From Actinomycetota bacterium (lineage in GTDB: Bacteria; Actinomycetota; Aquicultoria; Subteraquimicrobiales; Subteraquimicrobiaceae): DNA of 39,666 nucleotides. The notes beneath the pieces are model-generated. The model saw only the letters and a program-made list of their open reading frames with translations, was not told the DNA's origin and searched no databases. Within the stretch, counting starts at the first letter, position 1; each line of letters opens with the position of its first letter. The position numbers were made by a program, and so were the translations under genes. Of this stretch, positions 22,946 to 32,612 are shown one piece after another. The stretch spans positions 1 through 39,666 of the forward strand of contig JBFMAG010000028.1 of NCBI GenBank assembly GCA_040755895.1. Reading direction: 5' to 3'.

Positions 22946-25225
22946 TTAGACCTTCTCCCTTCGGCCCAAGAGTTTATCTAAAATCTTGATGGCCGCTTGC
23001 TTATCGAGTGGTTCGTTCCAATTCCCACATTTTGGGGATTGAATGCAGGATGGACAGCCCTCCCTACACTCGCATTCCTTGATGGAGACCAATGTGGCCT
23101 TCAGGAGTTTCTCACAAAGTTCATATCCCCTGGCGGCGATGCCGACCCCACCTTCGAATCCATCATAAATGAAGATTGTGGGCATCCCCGTGTGAAAATG
23201 AAGCGGGGTGGAGACTCCTCCGATATCCCATCTATCACACATGGCATACACGGGAAGCAAAGCGATTGAAGCATGCTCGATGGCATGAATCCCACCAGCC
23301 AACTGTGGATTATCCAGCTTTAGCTCATCCGCAACTTTGTTGGGTATCGTAAACCAGAAGGCCTCGGTTTTAAACCTTTGAGGGGGTAGGTCCAACTCCT
23401 CCACCCCCAGTATTTCGCCCGTAAAAATCCTCCTTTTTTGGTAGGCGATTATGTGACTGGTCACATCGACCTCCCCGAAGGAAACAGGGGTGAAACTGAA
23501 GTCCTTTCTTCTGATTTCGCTGAGGACCCTGAGGGTTGTCTCTTCCCGGGGCTGCGTATAATAATCACCATAGGTGGGTTTGACGAAGGCAACCTTTTCG
23601 TCCAGGTCGAGCTCCACAACAAGATAGGAATCGCCCTGATGTAGATATATCGCCCCCGGATGGATGTAGATGAAGGCCATTGCCGAATCTATCGTTCCCA
23701 GGAGAGTTCCCGATTCCATCTCAACGATGGAGTAAGTATCCTGGGAAGCTGAGCGAATATTCACGAATTGAGCGGGGAATTCACGTTTCATCCAGAACCA
23801 CTTGGATTTCCTCTCCAACAACTCACCTTCCTCCGCTAACGATTTCACCATGCTCAAGAAGAATTTCCCGAAGTATTCCTCATCTTCAGAGGATAAGGGT
23901 ATCTCATAGGCGGCACAGAGCAAATGCTTGGAAAGAATATAGGGATTTTCAAAATCGATGATCGCCTGTTCATGGCTCCTACCAAAAAAAGCACCGGGAT
24001 ATCTCATATAGTATTGATCCAGGGGATCATCTTGAGCAACCAAAATGGCTAGGGAGGCATCTTGCTTCCGCCCGGCTCTCCCCGCTTGCTGCCAGGTGGA
24101 GGCAATGGTTCCAGGGAAACCGTTGATCACACAGGCATCCAGTGTCCCAATATCGATGCCCAACTCTAAGGCATTGGTTGAACTCACTCCTAAAAGCTCC
24201 CCCGAAAATAGCCGTTGTTCTATCGCGCGTCGCTCCGGAGCGAGGTAACCGGCTCTATAGGAGCTCGTCCTGGATAAAACATCCGGACTATCTTTGAGCT
24301 CATCCCTGGCATATTTGAACACCAACTCCGCCGTGCGTCGAGATTTGCTGAAGGTGATGTTTTTGATGGCTTTTTTCGCCAGTTGGACGAAGAGGTAAGT
24401 TGCTTCGGAGTTGGAACTCTTTCGCCTTTCCTTGCTCTGATCCAAGTACGGGGGATTCCAGAATAAGAAGAATTTTTCACCGCAAGGGGAACAATCCCTG
24501 TCCACGACCTCAACCTCGACACCAGTGAGATTTTCCGCCAATTCCTTGGGATTTGCCACCGTGGCTGAAGATAAAATGAACTGCGGCTTTGAACCATAAT
24601 GGGCACAAACTCTTCTTAAACGCCGAATGATATTGGCCACGTTGGAACCAAAAACCCCCCTTAGAGCATGGACTTCATCGATGACCACATATTTTAAATT
24701 GAGGAAGAAATTCGCCCACATTCTGTGGTGAGGCAAGATTCCGTAGTGAAGCATATCCGGATTGGTGAGGACTATATTTGCGTTGCTTCTTATTCGGGCT
24801 CTTTCATCGATGGGCGTATCACCATCGTAAGTGGCGGGAATCTGACCCTGCAATTTAAACTGGCGAAGGATCCTTAATTGATCCTGAGCCAGTGCCTTTG
24901 TGGGGAAAAGATAAAGAGCGGTGTTCCTCCGGTTCTTCAAGATCGCTTCGAGCACTGGGATGTTATAGCATAAGCTCTTGCCGCTAGCCGTCCCCGTGAC
25001 TATGGTCACGTTTTTCCCTTGTCTCACGAGATCGATGGCCTGTACTTGATGACGATAGAGCTTGATTATCCCAAGTTTGCGCAAACTCTCTTCCAAAATC
25101 TCGTGGAGGGATTGTTTAAGAACACCAAAGGTCGCTTTCCTGGGTGGAATTCTTTTCAAGTAAACGATTTGTCCCCGGTAGTTCTCGTCCCTTTTTAAAG
25201 CCTCGATGAATTCAAGGATATCCAT
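22946..25225 (-). CDS. MrfA/YprA-type DEAD/DEAH-box helicase with a C-terminal DUF1998 (MZB) zinc domain
   Basis: GTASGKS Walker A, DEVH box, helicase C motifs (QQAGRAGR) and a C-terminal CECREGCPSCIQSPKCGN four-Cys module. Confidence 0.88.
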   Translation of the reverse strand: MDILEFIEALKRDENYRGQIVYLKRIPPRKATFGVLKQSLHEILEESLRKLGIIKLYRHQVQAIDLVRQGKNVTIVTGTASGKSLCYNIPVLEAILKNRRNTALYLFPTKALAQDQLRILRQFKLQGQIPATYDGDTPIDERARIRSNANIVLTNPDMLHYGILPHHRMWANFFLNLKYVVIDEVHALRGVFGSNVANIIRRLRRVCAHYGSKPQFILSSATVANPKELAENLTGVEVEVVDRDCSPCGEKFFLFWNPPYLDQSKERRKSSNSEATYLFVQLAKKAIKNITFSKSRRTAELVFKYARDELKDSPDVLSRTSSYRAGYLAPERRAIEQRLFSGELLGVSSTNALELGIDIGTLDACVINGFPGTIASTWQQAGRAGRKQDASLAILVAQDDPLDQYYMRYPGAFFGRSHEQAIIDFENPYILSKHLLCAAYEIPLSSEDEEYFGKFFLSMVKSLAEEGELLERKSKWFWMKREFPAQFVNIRSASQDTYSIVEMESGTLLGTIDSAMAFIYIHPGAIYLHQGDSYLVVELDLDEKVAFVKPTYGDYYTQPREETTLRVLSEIRRKDFSFTPVSFGEVDVTSHIIAYQKRRIFTGEILGVEELDLPPQRFKTEAFWFTIPNKVADELKLDNPQLAGGIHAIEHASIALLPVYAMCDRWDIGGVSTPLHFHTGMPTIFIYDGFEGGVGIAARGYELCEKLLKATLVSIKECECREGCPSCIQSPKCGNWNEPLDKQAAIKILDKLLGRREKV

Positions 25226-25475
25226 TTTTGCCCTCGAGGGAAAAGATCGCTCCCGATTTATAGCTTAAAGCCGTGAGGTAAAATGGTCAATGAAGAAAAT
25301 CGTGGTGACCCTTTTAGGGTCGCTCTTAAGGTCGCTCTTGAAGAGTTTCGCTAGCAGGCGAAGGGGTCAGCTTAATCAGAGGTTCCAGGGTGCCCATGGG
25401 TAACCCGGTGAAGCCTATTCCCCACCGACCTCGTGCCCTATTTACAACTTGCTTTAGGCAAATCCTGAAACGCCG

Positions 25476-26480
25476 CTATTGCTTTATCAAAAGTTCAGCT
25501 ATCTGCACGGCGTTAAGAGCGGCTCCCTTCCGCAGATTATCAGAGACGATCCACAGATTAAGCCCGCATCTTACGGATTCATCCTCTCGAATTCGACCCA
25601 CATAGCATGCGTCCTTCCCCGCAGCGAAGATGGGCATGGGGTAAGCCAAGTTCTCCGGATCGTCGATGACCACCACTCCGGGTGCATTCTCAAGGATTCG
25701 ACGGGCTTCAGAGGCTGAAATCTTCCTTTCGGTTTCGATGTTTACCGCCTCCGAATGGGCGACGAAGACGGGCACACGAACACACGTTGCGGTGATTTTC
25801 ATCTCGGGTTCGCCAAATATCTTCCGGGTCTCATCGACCATCTTCATTTCTTCCTTGGTGTAGCCATTTTCCAGGAATACATCGATGTGTGGCAGGAGAT
25901 TGAAGACTATCTGATGGGGATAAACCCCCGAAATAATCTCCTCCCCGGCAAGATATGCCTTCGCTTGATCCAAGAGCTCTTGAACGGCTTTCCTCCCCGT
26001 ACCGGAGACCGCTTGATAGGTGGAAACCACGATTCTTCTTATTTTTGCTCGATCGTGAAGAGGTTTTAAGACCACAACCATCTGGATGGTTGAACAATTC
26101 GGATTGGCGATGACGCCCTTATGATCCTTTAAGGCTTCCGGATTAACCTCGGGAACCACCAAGGGAACATCCTCTTTCATGCGAAAAGCGCTGCTATTAT
26201 CGATGACTATAGCTCCCGCCTTCACAGCAAGAGGGGCGAATTCCTCACTTATGGAAGCTCCAGCGGAAAATAGGGCGACATCCACATCTTTGAAGGAATC
26301 GGGAGAAAGTTGCTCAACGGCTACCCCCGTTCTCCTAAAGGTAAGCCTCCGACCGACGGATCTTTCGGAGGCAAGCAATCTCAGATTGGCAACGGGAAAA
26401 TTTCTCTCTTCCAAGATATTTCGCATTTCCTCACCGACGGCACCCGTTGCCCCCACTATGGCAACGTTATACTCCTTCAC
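25476..26480 (-). CDS. asd: Aspartate-semialdehyde dehydrogenase
   Basis: [11 protein letters not shown](P) motif and active-site NCSTIQ. Confidence 0.93.
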   Translation of the reverse strand: MKEYNVAIVGATGAVGEEMRNILEERNFPVANLRLLASERSVGRRLTFRRTGVAVEQLSPDSFKDVDVALFSAGASISEEFAPLAVKAGAIVIDNSSAFRMKEDVPLVVPEVNPEALKDHKGVIANPNCSTIQMVVVLKPLHDRAKIRRIVVSTYQAVSGTGRKAVQELLDQAKAYLAGEEIISGVYPHQIVFNLLPHIDVFLENGYTKEEMKMVDETRKIFGEPEMKITATCVRVPVFVAHSEAVNIETERKISASEARRILENAPGVVVIDDPENLAYPMPIFAAGKDACYVGRIREDESVRCGLNLWIVSDNLRKGAALNAVQIAELLIKQ

Positions 26481-27711
26481 AAATTACTGCCTCCTTACCG
26501 AGATTGAATTTCCTATGGACGGTCTTCACCGCTCTCTCAACCTCCTTGGCATCGACCACGCAGGATATCTTGATGGAAGAAGTGCTGATCATTTGAATAT
26601 TGATATTTTCCTCAGCAAGAGCGCTGAACATATCGGCGGCTACTCCGGGGTGAGTCTTCATTCCTGCTCCCACCAGGGAAACCTTGGCAATATTTTCGTC
26701 GTAATAAGGACCTCGGGCCTTGAGTTTCTTGACTATGGATTCCAATGCCCGCCCAACTCTCCTTAAATCCTCCTTGACAACGGTGAAGGAAATATCGGTG
26801 AACCCCTTTTCGCTCACATTTTGAATGATCATATCCACATTGATATTGGCATCCGCCAAAGTTTTGAAGATCTTGGCGGCGATTCCGGGTCTGTCGGGGA
26901 CATCTCGGATGGTGACTTTGGCTTCTCCGATGTCATAAGCGACTCCACTGATTATAGCCCTCTCCATCATTTGGTCTACCTCCTTTACCAAAGTTCCCGC
27001 TTTATCCGAAAAGCTGGATCGAACATGGATTAGAACACCGTGATTTCTCCCATACTCAACCGCCCGAAGCTGAAGCACTGTAGCACCACTCGCCGCCAGT
27101 TCGAGCATCTCCTCGTATGAGATAACGGGGAGCTTTCGGGCATCGGGCACCAACCGGGGGTCGGCTGTGTACACACCTTCCACGTCCGTGTAAATCTCAC
27201 ACACATCCGCCTTGAGCTTGGCGGCCAAAGCTACGGCTGTGGTATCCGATCCGCCCCTTCCCAAGGTCGTGATATCTTGATCCACGGTGACACCCTGAAA
27301 GCCTGCGACGATGACGATCCTTCCCTTTTTTATTTCATCGAGGATGCGTTCGGTTCTTATGTCCATTATCTTGGCTTTGGTGTGAGTCGTATCCGTGAGG
27401 ATCCCAACCTGGGGACCGGTGAATGAGATAGCATCGTATCCCAGGGCGTTAATGGCCATGCTTAAAAGGGCGATGGAGACTTGTTCCCCCGTGGCCAAGA
27501 GCATGTCCAATTCTCGCTCGGGAGGGGTGGGAGTAATCTCATGAGCCATTTTCAGGAGTTCGTCCGTGGTTCCACCCAAAGCGGATACCACAACCACAAC
27601 CGCATTTCCCCGCTCCTTTGTCTCAACTATGCGACTGGCTACATTTTTAAGACATTCAGTATCGGCAACCGAAGTCCCACCGTATTTTTGCACGATGATG
27701 CCCAACTTCAT
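26467..27711 (-). CDS. lysC: Aspartate kinase (two C-terminal ACT domains)
   Basis: [11 protein letters not shown]-terminus and a GGSDTTAV motif. It overlaps asd by 14 nt. TTG 27705 is an alternative start with better SD spacing. Confidence 0.92.
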   Translation of the reverse strand: MKLGIIVQKYGGTSVADTECLKNVASRIVETKERGNAVVVVVSALGGTTDELLKMAHEITPTPPERELDMLLATGEQVSIALLSMAINALGYDAISFTGPQVGILTDTTHTKAKIMDIRTERILDEIKKGRIVIVAGFQGVTVDQDITTLGRGGSDTTAVALAAKLKADVCEIYTDVEGVYTADPRLVPDARKLPVISYEEMLELAASGATVLQLRAVEYGRNHGVLIHVRSSFSDKAGTLVKEVDQMMERAIISGVAYDIGEAKVTIRDVPDRPGIAAKIFKTLADANINVDMIIQNVSEKGFTDISFTVVKEDLRRVGRALESIVKKLKARGPYYDENIAKVSLVGAGMKTHPGVAADMFSALAEENINIQMISTSSIKISCVVDAKEVERAVKTVHRKFNLGKEAVICEGV

Positions 27712-27715
27712 CCCT

Positions 27716-27935
27716 CCATTAAGCTCACAGCTATTTTAGCAATCGGAGGGCAGTTAAGCAAGAAACAGAATTGCCTGCTAAAAATTTGACTAGCTCCCAT
27801 GTAGAAATACTTACAACTCAAACCGCGAATGCGCATTCTCCTTTGGGATCAACATATCTGAAAAGATGTCTTCACGGCAGGCATAGGGATTGAGACTCTA
27901 TGGAATATCCTGCATACTCCTGGCACCAGAACCGA
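27716..27935 (-). promoter_or_regulatory. Candidate lysine (L-box) riboswitch-like leader with an SD-sequestering element
   Basis: Minus-strand GGUGCCAGGAGUAUGC, CUGCCGUGAAG and GCUAGUCAA resemble the L-box segments GGUGC..GAGUAUGC, GCCGAAG and CUGUCA. CCCUCC (27749-27744) can pair with the lysC SD GGAGGG (27717-27712). The resemblance is partial. Confidence 0.3.
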
Positions 27936-28052
27936 TGAAGTAGCTTATCAAGCCATCAAGGAAGTTACCCCCAAAGCCATATATCACAAGGAAGACGGGT
28001 CGTGATTGTAAAGCAGAAAAGATTTAGGGGAAAGTCCTTGTCAACCCTCAAT

Positions 28053-28516
28053 TTATTGGTAGAAGAGATTTTCTACGATTTTTAGCATGAAACTTAAATC
28101 TCTAGCTGTCGCCAAGCAACCAGACTCTTTATCAGGAGCGCGTCTTAGGTAAAAAACTTTTTTGGAAGCCGGCGTGACTGAAGGACCTTCGGGTATGAAA
28201 ATGGCTTGCTGAAAATAGCCTACAGCCCTCTTCTCATTGGGATATCTCACCAGTTTTATGGGTTTTTCATAGTTAAAAACCACCACGGTACAACCCTTCT
28301 GGTAAGCACTTTCTACAAAATTGGGTCCTGCGACACACTTTGCTACGTGGTGTAGGCTAAAATTACCTTTTCGCCTTCTTCCCTTAATTCATCGAAGTAT
28401 TTATCTCTGGGGCGGAGGATGATCTTTCTCCGGGAGATTTTCCCCTCTTTGGATGTCCTCTCCACCCTTGTCGGGAGGTAAATCTCAATGAATTTAGTCC
28501 TCTCTTGAATCTTAAT
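28053..28516 (-). pseudogene. 5'-truncated, frameshifted paralogue of the lipoprotein gene at 31898-32481
   Basis: Frame A (..RRKIILRPRDKYFDELREEGEKV..) stops at TAG 28343-28345. Frame B continues (..KGCTVVVFNYEKPIKL.., the 77-aa ORF). The frames overlap only in 28346-28388. It shares DKYFDEL and the following beta-rich pattern with the 32-kb copy. There is no signal peptide and no start codon. Confidence 0.45.
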
Positions 28517-28534
28517 TTAGCACATTGTAATTTT

Positions 28535-30073
28535 TTACCTCAGCGACGCTCTGTGGATCATCACCGCTGTCTGGTCTCTTCTCACAAGTTGTTCTGGTCT
28601 GAAGCTCTTATCACCATAGCCCTGCACTATGCCTTGATCCTTGGCCGTCTCTATGTATTGCCACGCCCAGTGAGCCTGTGGGACATCTGTGAAGTATCCT
28701 ATGTAAATTGTATTCATTGAAATGCCCAAACCTCTCACGAGCATGGTCGCAAGCTGAGCCCTAGTGGCGCAATCCTCTGGACCGAATCGTTCGTCACCGT
28801 AGCCCTGCACTATCCCTTGATCCTTTGCCGTCTCTATGTATTGCCACGCCCAATGATCTTGTGGAACGTCGGTGAAGTATCCCCTGTACTCGGTATTCAA
28901 CGGAATTCCCAGGGAATTCACGAGCATCTTGACAAACTGTGATCTGAAGATGGGATCGCCCGGGCGAAAGAGTCCATCATCGTAGCCGGAGACCACTCCC
29001 TTACTGGCGAGGTATTCTATCTCACCATATGCCCAGAAATCCCTGGGGACATCAGAAAAATTTGGTACAGGTTTAAGAGTGAAGTCGATATTTGGGGTCT
29101 CATTGGGAGCGGTGACGGCGACGATGTCCGCGGTTTCCTCATTGGGTTTATCGTTGTAAAAGACATCGATGAAATCCAAATTGTTATAGGTGAAAACCCT
29201 GTAACTTCCGCTTCTGAGACCAATGATTGTATAATTTCCATTCTCATCCGTTGTTTCCCACTTACGGTCGCCATCAATTTGGGCACAGATATATATGTTC
29301 TCCAGGGGTTGACCATTGATGTCGGTCACCCTGCCGGAGATGGTGCCCCCTTTGGTGAGGGCAAAGTTTATGTTCGGAGTCTCATTGGGTGCGGTGACGG
29401 CGATAGTATCTGCGGTTCCCCACTTCAATTTGTTATCATACCACTCATCTATGTGACCCTGATCATTTGAGGTGTAGACCTCGTAGAATTCCCATGAGGG
29501 AAGACCAATGAGAGCATAATATCCATTCTCATCCGTTAAAGTTGAAATACTAGCCTGCCATCCATATTTATTCGTAATTACTTTGATGTTTGCCAGTGGA
29601 TTGCCGGCTTCATCCGTTACCCTACCTGTGATTTTGCCCCCAACTGATAGGACAAAGTTTATGCCCGTGGTCTCCTGAGAAGCATTGACCACGACGGTAT
29701 CGGCGGTCAAGGGTGTGAGCTTGTCGTTGTAGTATTCATCCATATAACCTTGGTCATTCCAAGTTGAGACCCAGTATTCTCCGGATGGAAGACCAGCGAT
29801 TCTGTAGTGACCATTTTCATCCGTTAAAGAAACGGGACCTACCTCAGGAGGTTCTTCAGGAGGTTCTCCCCCCAACCAAGTAGCGGTGGCCTGAACGATT
29901 ATACCAGCCAGTGGATTGCCGGCTTCATCCGTTATCCTACCCGAGATGGAACCATCTTGGGCAAGAACCTCCGGGGTAGTGGAGAAAATGGTAAAACCCA
30001 TTAAGATGAGCACCATAAGCTTTGCTACCATGCTCTTATAATTTGTTCTTTTTAGATGACTTAAGTAGCGCAT
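28535..30073 (-). CDS. Secreted envelope protein: signal peptide, 3-4 CarboxypepD_reg-like Ig-fold repeats and 3 C-terminal SLH domains
   Basis: Repeats G(S/K/T)I(S/T)GR(I/V)TD..G.PL. The SLH units are FSDVPRDFWAYGEIEYLASKGVVSGY and two near-identical FTDVPQ(D/A)HWAWQYIETAKDQGIVQGYGD (about 183-nt period, 28.59-28.88 kb). SD GGGGGA lies before ATG 30073. Confidence 0.85.
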   Translation of the reverse strand: MRYLSHLKRTNYKSMVAKLMVLILMGFTIFSTTPEVLAQDGSISGRITDEAGNPLAGIIVQATATWLGGEPPEEPPEVGPVSLTDENGHYRIAGLPSGEYWVSTWNDQGYMDEYYNDKLTPLTADTVVVNASQETTGINFVLSVGGKITGRVTDEAGNPLANIKVITNKYGWQASISTLTDENGYYALIGLPSWEFYEVYTSNDQGHIDEWYDNKLKWGTADTIAVTAPNETPNINFALTKGGTISGRVTDINGQPLENIYICAQIDGDRKWETTDENGNYTIIGLRSGSYRVFTYNNLDFIDVFYNDKPNEETADIVAVTAPNETPNIDFTLKPVPNFSDVPRDFWAYGEIEYLASKGVVSGYDDGLFRPGDPIFRSQFVKMLVNSLGIPLNTEYRGYFTDVPQDHWAWQYIETAKDQGIVQGYGDERFGPEDCATRAQLATMLVRGLGISMNTIYIGYFTDVPQAHWAWQYIETAKDQGIVQGYGDKSFRPEQLVRRDQTAVMIHRASLR

Positions 30074-30127
30074 TTGCTTTCCCCCGTCTAAAATACTCAT
30101 TTAACCTCGTTAAGTGATTGCAAATTT

Positions 30128-31375
30128 TTACTTCAAAGGACCTGTAAGAACTTCTCCAGAGATAGCATCCACGTAGACTTCTCCTTTATCGGTTTGCAGA
30201 CACCAAACGGGCTTAAGATCGGTACCTTCTTCGTCAAACAAGGGAGAATGATAGGCGAATTCGACTTCTTCTATGGTTACGGGAAGACGAGGTTTGAAAT
30301 TATCCGCTATCTTTGAAGCAGCCTTCTCCACCGCTTCCTTTGGTGAGAGGATTCTATTTGAAGCACCCTCTTGGAAAGAGGGGGTATAGGACAAACAATG
30401 AAATATGCCATTGTCACTCACAATGATATCTATTTGAGGACCACCGGGACCAACAATGGGAATCCCCTCAATCTTTGGTCTGTATTCAAAGCACCAGGCG
30501 ATGATATCGCTTTCTCCCGTGGAGAGTCTCTGTTGATTGATGGTTGAGACTTTTGAGAGGGAGTAACCTTCTTTGAGACCACCCGTCTTTTGGATGAACT
30601 CTTCCGCCTTTTTTCTGGCTTCTTCTTCACTCATCTTTGTGGGGATGGTTTCCAGGCTTTCATTGCCGTAAGTGAAGGCACCGGTGGGATAGAAGGAGAT
30701 ACCGTTTTCCCCATCGGTAAAGCTTTCTATTCCCTTAAATTCTTTTCTTTCAAGAATTCCCTGAAGCAATCTTTGTGCCAATTCTTCCGCTTGCACCTCC
30801 TCTTTCTCAATGGAAACCGAAGCAACCAGGGGTTTCTCTTCGCTCAAAGGTGTTTCCACCAGCACCTTCCCTTGAGCCAAGGAAAGAGGAGCTTGGGCAT
30901 GAGCCCTACCTCCACCGAAGAGATTCTTCAGGGCGAGCCAAAGGCGATGCCAGAAGGGTTTAGGGGCTCTCGTTAGATGGAAGGGAGTCCCCAGGTAATT
31001 GCTTTCATTCCACTGGTAAATGGCATTCTCATCGGAATATTCTTCACCTGTATAATTTGTGTAACCCGGTGGAGGATTGAAGCCATGCAACCAATCATAG
31101 CGGTGGTTCAGGTAGCCATCGATGGCCCAGCCCTCCTTCTCGTAACCTGCAAGTCCTTTATCGTGATTTGCTTTGATGAATGATGACCACAGGGTATCCG
31201 CCGGGGGTTCAATGCTTCCCGTAACGTATTTAAAGAATTGGTCAGTTATATTCTCGTCTCTATCCTCTGTGCTCAAATCGCGATATCCAAGAATGAGATT
31301 AAGCCCTCTATTGAAGGCATACCGCCAGCCATTTCGCCTTAATGCATCACAAGCCGCAAAATAAAGCCATTCCAC
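30128..31375 (-). CDS. C-terminal part of a secreted protein with two PepSY-like modules; probably one gene with 31456-31920
   Basis: The C-terminal ..SPKEAVEKAASKIAD..VWCLQTDKGEVYVDAISGEVL is PepSY-like. The ORF has only a GTG start with no SD. Its frame stays open upstream to 31516 without any start codon. Confidence 0.6.
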   Translation of the reverse strand: MEWLYFAACDALRRNGWRYAFNRGLNLILGYRDLSTEDRDENITDQFFKYVTGSIEPPADTLWSSFIKANHDKGLAGYEKEGWAIDGYLNHRYDWLHGFNPPPGYTNYTGEEYSDENAIYQWNESNYLGTPFHLTRAPKPFWHRLWLALKNLFGGGRAHAQAPLSLAQGKVLVETPLSEEKPLVASVSIEKEEVQAEELAQRLLQGILERKEFKGIESFTDGENGISFYPTGAFTYGNESLETIPTKMSEEEARKKAEEFIQKTGGLKEGYSLSKVSTINQQRLSTGESDIIAWCFEYRPKIEGIPIVGPGGPQIDIIVSDNGIFHCLSYTPSFQEGASNRILSPKEAVEKAASKIADNFKPRLPVTIEEVEFAYHSPLFDEEGTDLKPVWCLQTDKGEVYVDAISGEVLTGPLK

Positions 31376-31455
31376 ATCCCGATCGGGGTAACCGGGAGTA
31401 TCATACCCATAGAGCTTGCTCGTTAAACTGGAGGTAACAAAGCCGTATCTCCACT

Positions 31456-31920
31456 TTAGGGAGTCGGCATTGGATGTATCATCTTTGATCCAACATCCCT
31501 CTTTTGAGTGGTTGGTTCAGTGCTAACACCCCAATATTTAAGACATAGTGCTGCTTCCCAGGTATTTATGGTGGGACCGGCGGATGGCTCGTCGGGATCA
31601 ACGGGATAGGAAGGATCGGGTGGATAGGGGGGAGCATAACCGTGACCGGTATAGTAGATAAAATCGCTATACCTACCAGTGGTGTAGAAGTCCCAGGCTT
31701 GAGCATCCTCAAGCTGATCCCGAATCCATCCCAGGTTGATAAAGAACCAATCATCAACTACCAGAGCATCGTCACGATTAAGATCTTTCAATTTTACATA
31801 GTCATCTACGTAAAGAGCGGAAAAACTCATCTCAGCATAAGCTGGAAAACTGTACCCAGTAACAAGCAAAAAGACCAGAAGTAATACCACGAGATTCTTA
31901 ATCTTTCTTGTTCTCATCAT
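31456..31920 (-). CDS. N-terminal part (signal peptide, Pro-rich region) of the same secreted protein
   Basis: SD GGAGGAGGA lies before ATG 31920. The signal peptide is MMRTRKIKNLVVLLLVFLLVTGYSFPAYA|E. The ORF ends at 31456 while the downstream frame is already open. Confidence 0.6.
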   Translation of the reverse strand: MMRTRKIKNLVVLLLVFLLVTGYSFPAYAEMSFSALYVDDYVKLKDLNRDDALVVDDWFFINLGWIRDQLEDAQAWDFYTTGRYSDFIYYTGHGYAPPYPPDPSYPVDPDEPSAGPTINTWEAALCLKYWGVSTEPTTQKRDVGSKMIHPMPTP

Positions 31921-32481
31921 GGATCCTCCTCCCAAATTTTTTGACGATCTCTCTGATTTTTGAAATATCTTTACGAATCACAAACCCACCCCTTAACAAA
32001 TGAAGTATTTCAACTCCATTTTCTTTTGGGAGCACAAAGAAAGGTCTCTTATCCCCTTCTGAGATCCAATCAACACCTGATCTTTCCACATAGAATTGCT
32101 CCTTATATTCAAGAACTACAACTTCAAGACCGGCCTGGATGTAGTAAATCGAATAATTAAAAGGTCTCTTAATAGGTCCACCAACTGAGAGGAAAACCTC
32201 CTCACAGGCCTGTCTCAGCTCATCGAAGTATTTATCTTTTGGTGTTAGGACTTTACCCTTTTTCTTTTTCCAAATGGTAATACCCTCAAGCTCTTTGGGT
32301 ACCCAAGCCCTATTCCCGTACTCATCTCTTGGACCAAGCTTATAGTATTTCCTGTCTGGCTTTTGAGGTTTTACTTCTCTCCCACCCCCTCTTTTTCCAA
32401 AGTGCCTTTACACCCAGTAAAGATGGGGAAAACAAAGAAGAGGATGAGCAATATTCCCAAAATTCGATGAAACTTTCTCAT
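31898..32481 (-). pseudogene. Lipoprotein gene split by a frameshift in a C5/G5 run
   Basis: SD AGGGTGG precedes ATG 32481. MRKFHRILGILLILFFVFPIFTGC carries the lipobox and stops at 32371. The mature part (VKPQKPDRKYYKLG..KKFGRRIHDENKKD) is open in the next frame down to 31898 with no start of its own. One extra G in GAGGGGGTG (32385-32389) restores a single ORF. Confidence 0.6.
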
Positions 32482-32612
32482 ATGCACCACCCTAAACATA
32501 ACTTACCATAGAAAAATAACACCGGTGAAGATGGGGAAAATTTCAAAATTTTTTCTGTGGTGGTAAACTTGAGGAAAATGCTGGTAAGATGGGGCTAAAC
32601 AGAGATGCTTAA

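Noticed and set aside
27861-28004. 48-codon open frame on the + strand ending ..VAYQAIKEVTPKAIYHKEDGS*
   Set aside because: It has no ATG/GTG/TTG start and no SD, and it overlaps the lysC leader. Possibly a gene relic, but unsupported.
28028-28036. GGAAAGTCC, the RNase P RNA CR-I-like word, with a CAGAACC..GCTTAT word at about 27925-27950
   Set aside because: The two words are in the wrong order for RNase P RNA on either strand. The surrounding region is too short and lacks the other conserved regions. Coincidence.
31560-31700. Clan-CD (caspase-like) protease assignment for the split secreted protein
   Set aside because: It rests only on ..YYTGHG.. and ..YFAACDAL.. strings, separated by about 95 residues and a frameshift. 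There is no further motif support, so the protein is annotated only as a secreted PepSY-containing protein.
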